Source of the DNA: Craspedostauros australis | Lineage: Eukaryota | Reading direction: 5' to 3' | Assembly: GCA_030167865.1 (NCBI GenBank) | Contig: JALAGF010002262.1 | Coordinates: forward strand, 1-32,346 | Length of the DNA stretch: 32,346 bases | Part shown: positions 10,488 through 20,534 of the stretch, piece by piece | Numbering within the stretch: position 1 is the stretch's first letter | How the letters are laid out: each line of letters starts with the position of its first letter | Position numbers and translations under genes: made by a program | The notes under the pieces: generated by a model | The model's input: the letters and a program-made list of their open reading frames with translations, nothing else | What the model was told of the DNA's origin: nothing | Database searches by the model: none

Positions 10488-12002
10488 ATGACCGATCGGA
10501 CGAGCAAGGACCTGGAGGTCGCCATCATCGGCGCTGGACCATCCGGCATCCAGGCTGCCAAAGCTATTCTGGAGGCATTCCCCAAATGGCGCGAAGAGGC
10601 TGCGATCGCGGTCTTTGAAGAATCGGGCGACGTCGGCGGGATATGGAACAGGGACGGCCGCAATCAACGCGGGAACTACACGCCCGATCTGCACATCGCC
10701 GATGCTGCATCGAAGCAAGCACCACCATTCACTCTGCCCGTCGCATCTTCAACGCAACCGATCTACGAGGATCTGTCGGCGAACGTTCCGAGAGACTTGC
10801 TCAACTTCCAGGACATGCCGTTCCCTCGCGATGTTCCCATGTTTCCCAAGCCGCATCAACTGGGGACCTACTTTCGTGAATATGCCAAACGATTCGAGTT
10901 GTCCCCATTCATTCAGTTTCATACCACGGTTGTGGAATGCACGAAACAGCAGCAAGACGATGGAGACAGCCAAAGAGAGGGTGCATCTGGTGGTGCGTGG
11001 ACCATCATGGTTACGCCCAGTCGGAATACGCAGCTGGAGCACGAGAATGACACGATGGACACTGAAAACGCGAAGGAAACGAGCCAGACCCGGTTCTACA
11101 CAAGCAAGCGCGTGTTGGTCTGCACGGGACACCACCGCAAGGCCTTCGTGCCATCGACCATTGCGGGCATTCGTCACTTTCGCGGCATCGCCCTGCATTC
11201 CTCCGCGTTCCAAAGTCCGGAGGCGTGCATTGCCTCCATCGGGAGTCAACGACGGAACAGTCCCCCAGCACTCAAACTTCTGATCGTTGGTGGATCCATC
11301 TCGGGAGCGGACATTGCGAAAACATGCGCCAAGACGATGGACGTGGCGGTATCGGTGCGACGATGGCGCACCATACCGCACAAGCTGCTGTTATCGTCCT
11401 TTCGTAAGCAAGGCAAGATCCGCACAGGGATCTCGCACATCGACGAGGATGGCGTTGTTCATTTCAACAATGGCGACGACGACAGTGACATGATGCAACA
11501 TCCCTTTCGACCAGATATCATCCTGTTCGCCACGGGGTATCGGTACGCGTATCCCTTCCTCTCCACGCGGCATCACGACGCGGTCTGCGAGGCGGATGGA
11601 TTCAAGATGAAGGATCTGTACCTGCGCATGCTGCATCGTGACGATCCTTCGTTGGGATTTATCGGCATACCGACGCAAGTCATGAGCCCCATGATGATGA
11701 TCGAAACCCAGATGCATTGGTACGTGCGACAAGGGAGCTGCGATTTGAGCAAGGAGACCATGCAAAAGGAAATCGACGCACGCAAAGACGATGCCACGCA
11801 GGATAGCATGCAGTTGATACCTGGTTTCATCGTGTACTTCAACCAGATGGCACGCCTCACCGGGACGCAGGGTTTTTGGAGGTCCTTCTACAAGCATCGG
11901 CTGTTTCCGTTGCTTTCGAGTATTTGGACTCTGTGCATATGGCCGCAGGGTGACGGCGCGAGCATGAAGAATGACATCAGCGATGCTCGTAAAGACCAAT
12001 AA
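10488..12002 (+). CDS. Flavin-containing monooxygenase (class B, FMO-like), 504 aa, intronless
   Basis: FAD motif IIGAGPSG, VGGIW, FMO fingerprint FxGxxxHSxxF (FRGIALHSSAF), NADPH motif VGGSISGAD, FATGY motif. Confidence 0.92.
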   Translation: MTDRTSKDLEVAIIGAGPSGIQAAKAILEAFPKWREEAAIAVFEESGDVGGIWNRDGRNQRGNYTPDLHIADAASKQAPPFTLPVASSTQPIYEDLSANVPRDLLNFQDMPFPRDVPMFPKPHQLGTYFREYAKRFELSPFIQFHTTVVECTKQQQDDGDSQREGASGGAWTIMVTPSRNTQLEHENDTMDTENAKETSQTRFYTSKRVLVCTGHHRKAFVPSTIAGIRHFRGIALHSSAFQSPEACIASIGSQRRNSPPALKLLIVGGSISGADIAKTCAKTMDVAVSVRRWRTIPHKLLLSSFRKQGKIRTGISHIDEDGVVHFNNGDDDSDMMQHPFRPDIILFATGYRYAYPFLSTRHHDAVCEADGFKMKDLYLRMLHRDDPSLGFIGIPTQVMSPMMMIETQMHWYVRQGSCDLSKETMQKEIDARKDDATQDSMQLIPGFIVYFNQMARLTGTQGFWRSFYKHRLFPLLSSIWTLCIWPQGDGASMKNDISDARKDQ

Positions 12003-12495
12003 GCATGAATGACACTTCATTGGGATGTTGTGCTTTATTCAATAACAGTTGGTATTAGAATAGAATGCAAGTATAATACTTCTTTCGTTCCTACAGTGTG
12101 TGTGGAGGATCTCCTCGTTTTATGTTATGCTAATTTATATTCTGTCTTATGTAGGGCATGGTAGTATAGTAGTCGACACTCCATCCCCTCTCCACAAGTA
12201 TCGCTCTCCACTGCTCTGCTGTAATCTATGTTCCATGCCGTAGACTTGATGATTCGTGATGGCACAACAAGTAACGGCCAAAATTGGCGTCATTTTTTTG
12301 GCGAACGTTCGCGTTTCTTCTGTTGCTGTTGGTTGGCGCGACAATGACGACACCCACAACACGCGAAAACAACACAAAAAGAGAGAGAAGGAGTTCTTGT
12401 TGGCTTTCTTGGTTCGCATTGGATCGCATTGAATTGTATTGTTGTGGGTTGTCTTCCAGAGAGATCATCTCTGTCTCTCTCTCTCTATCCGCACC

Positions 12496-12600
12496 TTCAT
12501 TCCATTCAACCCCATTCAATTCAACCCCATTCAATTCAACTCCATTCAATTCCATTCAATTGAACTCAATTCAAGTCAGTTGAATGCAGTTGAATGCAGC
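12496..12600. repeat. Degenerate pentamer array (CATTC/AATTC/AACYC) directly upstream of the JmjC gene
   Basis: TCCATTCAACCCCATTCAATTCAACCCCATTCAATTCAACTCCATTCAATTCCATTCAAT followed by inverted-sense CAGTTGAATG x2. Confidence 0.85.
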
Positions 12601-12607
12601 TGCAGCC

Positions 12608-14329
12608 ATGGACGACTCCAAGTACCACAAGCACCAACAGCAGAAGGCCTCGCGGCGTCGGCGGATCCTGCAGATCGCGGGCATCGTGACCTTCGTTCTG
12701 ACTTGGACGTGGCTGTCGTTGCACACGGCTGCGCCGCCCCTCACAGATCAGCTGCAGGCGCATCGCATGACCTTCGAAGAGTCGCATCGCCAGCGAGACA
12801 AGCCTGCGCATGCTGCGACGGACGACGCCTCCTTCCAGCGCATCAAGCAGCTGCGCGGCAAACGCAAGCGCAAGGCCATTGGCAAGGCAGCGGACGTCTA
12901 TCCCCACGCGGACGGCAACAGAGACGACAAACAGGACGCGCTGATGACGTTGCTGGACGAGCTGGATCACGACATTCGCGACAACGCGAGGGGCGGTCCG
13001 CGATGGATCCCGGACCATCATCTCATCAGCCTGGACAAGGACCGTCCCAACAACGTCCTGCTCGGCGCCGGCGCCAAGATGCACAAGGCCGCCATGATGT
13101 TCGGCGATCGCAGCAGCAGCAGCAACGCCAAGTTCTTCCGCGTCGAGCGGCCCAACCATCCGCCGATGCGCTGGGAGAAGATGATGGAGCACCTGAGCAA
13201 TCAGGATCCCGACCTGCAGCTGCCGCTCGTGGACTACACGCGCCACAACTATGACTACGTGCCGTTGCAGATGGAGCCGCAGAAGGACTATCCGCAGCTC
13301 AGCACGATGGGGGACCTGCAGAAGAACTGGCCGCAGGACAATCTGGACACGCCGCCGCCGGTCATCCAGGAGAGGCTCATGCACTTCGACTTCACCAACC
13401 AGGAGCACCGCGAGGCTGCCATCAAGTACCGCGACGCCAAGCTCCCGTTCAAGGTCACCAACGTCCCGGAGCTGCTTGCGGCCGGCGAGAAGTGGACGGA
13501 CACCTACCTGGCCGACAACTTCGGTCGCAAGGGCAGCATGTTCCAAGCCTGGGGCAACAACGGCGTGCCGCTCGCATCGGGCAGCTGCCAGGAATCGCGC
13601 AACAACTTCTTCTCCTTCTTCACGCCGCCGCGATGGGAGGTCGACAAACTGGGACTGCCGCCGACCCGCCAGAACGATTGGGACTTTGAGAGATGGGTCA
13701 AGCACGCACGCTTCGCCGACGTCACGAAGCTGCAGGCCGATCAACCTCACTTTTACTTCCAGGCCGGCGTCGACAAGGAAGAGCGGTATCAGCCCTACAG
13801 CCAGTGGAACTTCATCTCGCGCGATCTGCCCTCCTTCAGCGCGCGCGACGCCACGTTCTTTCAATTCGTGCCGGAGGAACAGAAGGGCATCCAGTGCCGA
13901 TTCGGAGAACGCGGCGTCACGGCGGCCACGCATTACGACGGCGGTCGCAACATGGTCGCCATGATCCAAGGCGCCAAAAGGTACATCCTCAGTCCGCCCG
14001 ATCAGTGTCCCAAGCTCGGCATCGTCACGCAGCGCGGCAATCCCGTCTATCGCCATTCCCTTCTCAACTTTGGACACATGCAGTACGACAAGACGCCGCC
14101 GCTCGAATCGCAATGGTTGCAACGCAGCGCGTCGGCGCAGTCCGTCGAGACGGTCTTGAAAGCGGGTGAAGTGCTCTACATTCCGTCGCATTGGTTTCAT
14201 TACATCACGAGTTTGCAAAAGAGCGCGCAATGCAACGTGCGCAGCGGTATCGATCGCGAAGGCACGCCGGAACATGGCGGATTGCAGAGCGTGACGGAAG
14301 ATTGCGATCCGTTGCGGGATGCGGTGTGA
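12608..14329 (+). CDS. JmjC/cupin-like Fe(II)/2-oxoglutarate dioxygenase with N-terminal membrane anchor, about 573 aa
   Basis: HxD...H facial triad (THYDGG ... YIPSHWFH), GAKRYIL with the 2OG-binding Lys, VLKAGEVLYIP; RRRR followed by hydrophobic ILQIAGIVTFVLTWTWLSL. Start chosen at gccATGg (12608); an in-frame ATG also exists at 12584. Confidence 0.9.
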   Translation: MDDSKYHKHQQQKASRRRRILQIAGIVTFVLTWTWLSLHTAAPPLTDQLQAHRMTFEESHRQRDKPAHAATDDASFQRIKQLRGKRKRKAIGKAADVYPHADGNRDDKQDALMTLLDELDHDIRDNARGGPRWIPDHHLISLDKDRPNNVLLGAGAKMHKAAMMFGDRSSSSNAKFFRVERPNHPPMRWEKMMEHLSNQDPDLQLPLVDYTRHNYDYVPLQMEPQKDYPQLSTMGDLQKNWPQDNLDTPPPVIQERLMHFDFTNQEHREAAIKYRDAKLPFKVTNVPELLAAGEKWTDTYLADNFGRKGSMFQAWGNNGVPLASGSCQESRNNFFSFFTPPRWEVDKLGLPPTRQNDWDFERWVKHARFADVTKLQADQPHFYFQAGVDKEERYQPYSQWNFISRDLPSFSARDATFFQFVPEEQKGIQCRFGERGVTAATHYDGGRNMVAMIQGAKRYILSPPDQCPKLGIVTQRGNPVYRHSLLNFGHMQYDKTPPLESQWLQRSASAQSVETVLKAGEVLYIPSHWFHYITSLQKSAQCNVRSGIDREGTPEHGGLQSVTEDCDPLRDAV

Positions 14330-14638
14330 TACCGGGGGATTGGTATTGTCCAATACAATGTTGGGCGTGTACACTATTCTACTAATACCGCCGTAGATAT
14401 GATACAAGCTTGATACACATATTGTGTAATATATCATGAAGAAGTTATTACAGGATTCATTCCAGTACACGTATTCCATTCAACACGCACGTACTTGTGA
14501 TATTGCTGAATGTTTGCATTCTCTAAAGTAGTGATATAATATTATGTGCTAATGTCTCTAAGGTGCAATACGTGCCCCGTGTCGTGCAACAACATCGTGG
14601 CAGTTGCAAGGAGTCGCGTTACCGCTGCCTGCGCCACT

Positions 14639-15208
14639 TCACGACGATGGATTGGAGACGCCGTACCGCTTGCGCATCGGCGACCGCGTCAGCGACCGCA
14701 TGGACGACGGCTTCACATGGGGGCGATACGGCGTCTGGGGATTGGCCAATTCCCATTGCGCCTTGCGCGCTGCATCGAAGGCACGATACCGCGCCTCCTT
14801 GCTGCACGATTTGGAGATCTTGGCCAATCCCTTGATATCGCATGCGATACCATGCTCGCGTTGTTCCGTCTGCAGATCGAGGACGCTGTGGATGAGATTC
14901 TTGCGCGGCGCGGCGTCGTGAGGATCGGCCGATTGGCGGAACGAACGCAGTTCATGTTTCGTGTACCATGTGCGGGCGTCCGATGTGAATTCGTCGTCGT
15001 CGTCGTCGTCGATGGTGTCGAACGTGGCGTTGGCGGTGATGACGACGTTCTTCTCATGGAAGGAGACCGATAGAGAGTCTCTGGAGGAAGATGTGGACAT
15101 GCGCGAGAGTGCGGGCGACACTGCCGGTGGTGGTGGAGGCTGCAGGCATGACCGTGCCGCAGTTGATCTCGATCGCAATGCTGGTGCTGATGCTGATTTT
15201 GGGAACAT
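14639..15208 (-). CDS. Hypothetical protein (189 aa)
   Basis: ATG start with coding-like codon use; S/P-rich N-terminus, SVSF, WYTKHELRSFR, SVLDLQTEQ and S..CSKEARYRA, a pattern I recall from an expanded family of diatom hypothetical proteins (not verified). Confidence 0.75.
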   Translation of the reverse strand: MFPKSASAPALRSRSTAARSCLQPPPPPAVSPALSRMSTSSSRDSLSVSFHEKNVVITANATFDTIDDDDDDEFTSDARTWYTKHELRSFRQSADPHDAAPRKNLIHSVLDLQTEQREHGIACDIKGLAKISKSCSKEARYRAFDAARKAQWELANPQTPYRPHVKPSSMRSLTRSPMRKRYGVSNPSS

Positions 15209-17264
15209 GATGATGTCTTTGTGCTAGAGTGGAGCAGTGTTGTGGATTGCAAAGCTGTGGCTTGTGGAATTATGAGACTGTCTGGTGTTGTCTCTTCTCA
15301 ATCTTTCTCGTTCCCTCGCTTTCGCACTTCCTCTCTCGGGTTCTGTCTCGATTTGTCGGCATTTGTGAGCACTTGTAAACACTTGTTTGTCTGTTCCCAC
15401 TGCCACGGATGGCGGCTTTGTAGTCCTTCGAGATGGCATTGGCTCCCCGCGAATGCCAAAGTGCATCTCGTAAAGCGCTTCTGTGGCACCCCCACGAGTA
15501 CCACAGACATACCAGCGTGGAATTGAAACACAAGTTTCGCCGAGGGCCTCTGCGCATTGTTGCAACGCCGAATTCTCCTTTTTGACCGGGAACAATTGTG
15601 GCGCATGCTTCGAACATGGTCGATGCCATGGAAACATTTCGCCATTTTCTATTACTTTGATCGTGGCTCACAATCAGGCAACACTTGACTACTTCATCAC
15701 CAGGAATGCAAACGAATTTCCCACCACAGAAAGGATATGAGCCTTGAGTCCACGTGGTCGCATACGCTTACCCTTACCTGGGAACACAAATCGCCGATTC
15801 ACTCCCACACAGTCTTATTAGTACAGACTCCACCGTGACCATATTTTACGACCTGTGCCCCAATTCTCTGTGGATAGGTACGGACTGCGACCTGTTTCGT
15901 CCACTATGCTCTGTGGACGTCTCTTTCGTTGCAGTGGACGAAGCAAGATACTGTACGACCAGATTGGTGATAAACCATCCATGGTACAGACTGGACCATT
16001 AAAATGCTCCATGTGTGTTGCTGCAATTAGGGATCCTAACTCATAGATGTACCTGGCATGTCTCATGCATCCAGCCCGCAATTTCAATGCTCCAGTCATT
16101 CATGTTCGGAGGCTAACAGTGTGCCGATCACAACGAAAGCAAGCACACATCCATGCACGCGCCCACCACGGCCCGCCACGTTACCCCGATCCAACAGGCG
16201 CGCCGTAGGAAAAGCTGTCGGGCACCGGGGCGAAAATCAGCGTTAAATGCTCACGGAGCGAAAGTCTCTTGTGCGATTGCCGACTGAAGGTTGCTTGGCA
16301 CGTAGCGCATGCAAACCACCGCCGTTTCATCCCCGCAGCATACCTCCACGTGCCATCTTGTACGGTACACATGGTAGGATGCCAACCAAGGAGACATCGC
16401 ATCTCAAACGGTATCGATCGCACGAGCATTATTGAAACCAGGAGCGAAAATTCAATCTGCAGCAAAGCTGGGGATACCCACACATACTCTCGTTCCCTTC
16501 CGTCAGCACACTTGCCTAGGAGTACGTATAATGCGTATGCTACCGTACACACTTGCATCGGCAAAGTGCACAAACGGCATCATCGCTATTCATAAGTTGC
16601 TCTCGCCTGTTGAATCTTGGTGCCATACTAACAATACATAGCGTATGGTACGAGTACCATGCCTGGCGACAGTTCACAGTTCATCTCGCGGCGAGAAGAT
16701 ATGCATGATGGCATGAAACCGCCTCAAATACCTTGTGACCGCTCCCATTGAATCCGTCTGAGGAGTGAAGGCAGTTGCATCAAAGACCTGTGGCATGCCT
16801 GGCCTCTGGCACATTTGTTCGTCGATGAAACCAGCTGTGGCCATGGGTGGCTTTGGAATTCTCCGAACGCTCCTCGTTTCGTTGGGGTCATAAATCCTAC
16901 ATCGATGTCCACGGCTGGGGTCATCGCCGTCATGGTGCCGGCACAATCGCGAATTTGGCCGTCACAATTTTGGCGCCAAAAACAGTGTGTTCTATTCAAA
17001 CACTACATGATGCCGCAATCTCGACTCTGTGGTCATAGTCCAGCTCGCACGAGCATGTTGTTGATGCCTCATCAACACAAGTTACGAAACGCAGATCAAA
17101 AATCAAATTCTCGCTCTATCACCGTCTAATCTTAATAGCCGTCACCCACCTGACATCGCCATCAAACTCAACAGCAGCAGCACAACACCATTCCATCAAC
17201 TGATTAGAAGAGGATAGCATACTCGTGCGAGCTACTCGTGGTATGGCACACGATGCGTCATTTG

Positions 17265-17957
17265 TCACCCGCCACCGCCGCCCACCTCTTTCTTTAGCTT
17301 CTCCTCCATTCTTTGCAGTACCTTTTCCTTCTCTAGCACGGAATCCACACCAACCTCCGCCGCCGCCACCAACTCTTCATCGAATTCTTCCGGATGATCT
17401 TGCTCGAATTGCTCCTGCAGCTGCTGGATGCGTTCCTTGGTAGGATCGTTGGAATGTTGCGGCTGCGCCGCATCGTCCTGCACGAAATGCGTAATATGCC
17501 GTTTGGCGGCACGTTCTCCTCGTTTGTTGCGTAACGTCGACGGACGGTGCGAGGCGTGACTTTGATTGTGATGATCATGGCGTTTGCGACGATTGACTTC
17601 ATTCATCGTTTGGTACTCCGATGCGTAGAGATGCGCGGATAACCGTGCGTCGTCATCGGCGGGTCGCTGTTGGTGCAGCGGCACTTGCTGTCCATCCTGC
17701 GTGTGCGACGTTTCTGCGTAGTACGTATGCTGCGATGCGTGCTTGTATTGATCCTGCTGTAGTTGGGATTGGAATATGCAGAACATGCAGAGCAGGATGA
17801 GGCCGCCGATGAGGCTTATCGCACCGACCGAGACCATGGCGAAGTTGCGCTGCTCCTCGTCCTGTATCCTCCGTTTTCTGTACTTCTCGTCGTCATCGGA
17901 ATCGATTGTGGATGGCAGGTAGGTCGTCCTCTCTCTGCTCGTGTACCCCCTCACCAT
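17265..17957 (-). CDS. Hypothetical single-pass (type II) membrane protein, about 230 aa
   Basis: First ATG at 17957; charged N-terminus, TM segment FAMVSVGAISLIGGLILLCMFCIF, His/Gln-rich stalk, E/K-rich helical C-terminus. Confidence 0.7.
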   Translation of the reverse strand: MVRGYTSRERTTYLPSTIDSDDDEKYRKRRIQDEEQRNFAMVSVGAISLIGGLILLCMFCIFQSQLQQDQYKHASQHTYYAETSHTQDGQQVPLHQQRPADDDARLSAHLYASEYQTMNEVNRRKRHDHHNQSHASHRPSTLRNKRGERAAKRHITHFVQDDAAQPQHSNDPTKERIQQLQEQFEQDHPEEFDEELVAAAEVGVDSVLEKEKVLQRMEEKLKKEVGGGGG

Positions 17958-18653
17958 TCTAGTCTTTCGCGGAGAATTCGCGTGCTGGTACGTAAACACA
18001 GGCTACGCAGCACGGTGATTGATCGTGTTGATGCGTCAAAGCGCTGTCTGTCAGCAACCTCCGTTTTGGAAGAATGTCGTTGACACCTCTCTGCTCGTAC
18101 TCGTCGTTTGGATGGTTCAGCTCACGATGCAGCAGAACTTGTTCCTCTATCTGTCTTTCCAATCATGTAATGTTGCAGATACGTGCGTCAGGGACTCTCT
18201 CTACGACTTCTTCTTGTTCAACGATCAGGCCAAGCAAGGATGTCTCTCTCCACAATGATGTGCCAAAGACAACAAGAACGACGGCTGTGCAACAAACAGA
18301 AAACGGGAGACATCTCCATGGTCATCCGATTTTTTGGCATCACATCGACTCAACGGATTGATGACAGAACAGAACTCGAAACGGGATAATCATGCCCTCC
18401 TGCATTCGAACTGTTGCGATTGAACTGCAACAGAAGAACATGACATTGCAACTCACAACACAGAACTTCAGAGAACAAACTCTGTTGACCAGAAAGGCGA
18501 AGGCTAGACAATCGCGGTGGCTATCTCTCCATCATGGACGCATGATACTGCTAATCGTGTAATTATACTTCAACAATTCCATATAATGCAATATAATATT
18601 GTATTCGAGCACTCTACCATACGTGCACTCAATTGCTGCAATACAATCATTTC

Positions 18654-20534
18654 TCAATCAATATCGCCTGATTCGGATGCGGGTTGCGGCTTGTTCTCCT
18701 TGACTGGCGCCGCGGTGCTCGCAGTTGGCGCTGGTTGCTGCGCATCCGGCGATGCTGCCGCCGCGCCACCCGCATGCCTATGTTCCTTGGCCTGGCGCAT
18801 CATCTCCTCCTGGTCCTCCTTCGTCATCTCCTGTCCTTGCGCCTTGGCCATGGTGGCCATCGTCGCGACCGAGACCTGCGCCTTGATCTCTTCGGCATCG
18901 AAGCGCTTCTTCTTTCCGCCATTCTCCAGCTTGCGCACCTTGTTGGCTTCCTTGCCCACCAAACGGAATTCGCGTCCCAGCAGCTGCACGGCCTTGGCAC
19001 GGATCAGGCGCATTTCCTTGGGGACGGAGGCATCGTCAAAGAGCTTCTTGCATACTGCCTTGAGGGTGGATTGGATGTCGCGCTTGTTGATGGCCCATGC
19101 GAATTCCAGAAAGACCGGCAAGCTGTCGTCGATGGATTCCTGCATGTGCTGCGCGGCCGCTTCCTCGTCGACGCCGCGCTCTTCCATGTCCTTTTGCAAG
19201 GCCTCCGCTTTTTGCATGGCGCCGATGCCAGCGCTGGCGGCCCGGATGCCGGCACCGAAGAGCTTCATGTTGCCCATGAAGGCGCTGCCGGAATGTTTGG
19301 CCTTCGCCACTTGGCTGCCGAGACCCATGAATGTGGACTGCGCACCGATGTATTCCTCCGCGGCGACCTCCAGATTGAAACCGATCGTTCTGCAGTACAA
19401 ATCGCCCTGCGCACCCTCCGTGATCTTGACGGCCTCGTCATGACAGCTCTTGATGAATTCGGCTTCCTTCTGCGGCACGAGATCCTCGTCCCCAAAATCG
19501 ATATTCTCGTACTCCGAGACGCGCTTGCGGATGTTCATGGCGCACTTCACCTGCCGCTTCTGCTTCTTGAAGTCCGATTCCTTCTGCATCTTCGCCATCT
19601 TCTCCTCCATGATCGCCTCTTGCTCCTTGAGAACTTCCTTCCTCTCTTCCTCCGTCATGTCCTCCATCTCCTTCGGCAGCTCCGGGCTGTCATCCTTCAT
19701 CATGGAGTCTGCCGTGTGGGCGATCCACAGCTCGCCGATGTAAGGCTCGACCAACGTGCTTCCGAACATGACATTGAAGAAGACCATCGGATCCAGCTGC
19801 TGCGAATTCTCATCCTGTCCATTCTCCGGCTTTCCGTTCTTGTCGTACGCGGCTCGGAGCTGGTCGTTGCTGAGGGTGTTGTAGGCCTGACCGAGTTCCT
19901 GAAACTTCTTTGCCGCTTCTGGATCATTTGGATTCTTGTCAGGGCTGTTTGTCGTGAGAGTGGAGCATACATTAGTGTGTGAATGAGTACATGTATGAAT
20001 GAATCATTATCCACAGACATGTTATGAACGCAAACGAGATTGCCCGCACAAGATTGTGAGTGAAATTGATGGAACTGGAAACGTTGGAAGGAGCAGCAGA
20101 AGACGAAAAGGACAGGTTCCACGCAACGCAGACTTCACGCAATACACATGTACGTAGACTCACTGGCACAAGCGAGCCTTCTTGTAGTACGCCTTCTTGA
20201 TCTCGCCTGAATTGGCGTTGGTGGAAACCCCCAGCAAGTCGTAGTACTCGCGGTCCTTGACTGGCCGTTCTTCACCCGACGGCGCAGCGCTGCCATCCCC
20301 TCCTTCGAGATCCATCTCCTTCTCCTTCTTGAGCACCTCCTTCCACTCCTCATCGATGAAGTAGAACTTCCACTCCTTCGTCTTGGCATCCCACACCATC
20401 CCAGCCTGCTTGGCCTGCTGGCTGGCCTCCCAATCCTTGCGCATCTCCGCCGTCACGCGCTGGGCCTGACCCACCAACGACGAGACGCCCGCAAAGAACG
20501 GGTTGGGCTTAGCTTTGCCTTTGTTCACGCTCAT
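18654..20534 (-). CDS. J-domain protein with DnaJ-X domain (Caj1/Djp1/ATJ10-like), 2 exons, about 553 aa
   Basis: Exon 1 20534-20164, intron 20163-19945 (GTGAGT...ACAG, phase 2), exon 2 19944-18654. Splicing restores VKDREYYDLLGV...[35 protein letters not shown]; the C-terminal part has FNVMFGS...EPYIGEL and WAINKRDIQSTLKAVCKKL...RAKAVQLLG. Confidence 0.93.

Noticed and set aside
9387..10491. Several 160-220 aa ORFs between the VSDNA gene and the FMO
   Set aside because: Overlapping in many frames, Cys/His-rich translations typical of intergenic DNA, and no coding bias.
12496..12600. Repeat array considered as CRISPR or telomeric repeat
   Set aside because: No repeat-spacer structure, no cas genes, eukaryotic context, and the unit is not TTAGGG-like.
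12566..14479. 637-aa antisense ORF over the JmjC gene
   Set aside because: Shadow frame produced by C/G-ending codon bias; no motifs, while the plus strand has a clear JmjC domain.
15762..15782. CTTACCTGG resembling the 5' end of U1 snRNA
   Set aside because: Lacks the ATACTTACCTG start, the U1 loop sequences and an Sm site; equally explained as a chance or minus-strand donor-like sequence.
18684..19982. 432-aa plus-strand ORF over the DnaJ gene
   Set aside because: Antisense shadow; its Leu/His-rich composition mirrors the Glu/Lys/Met codons of the real gene.
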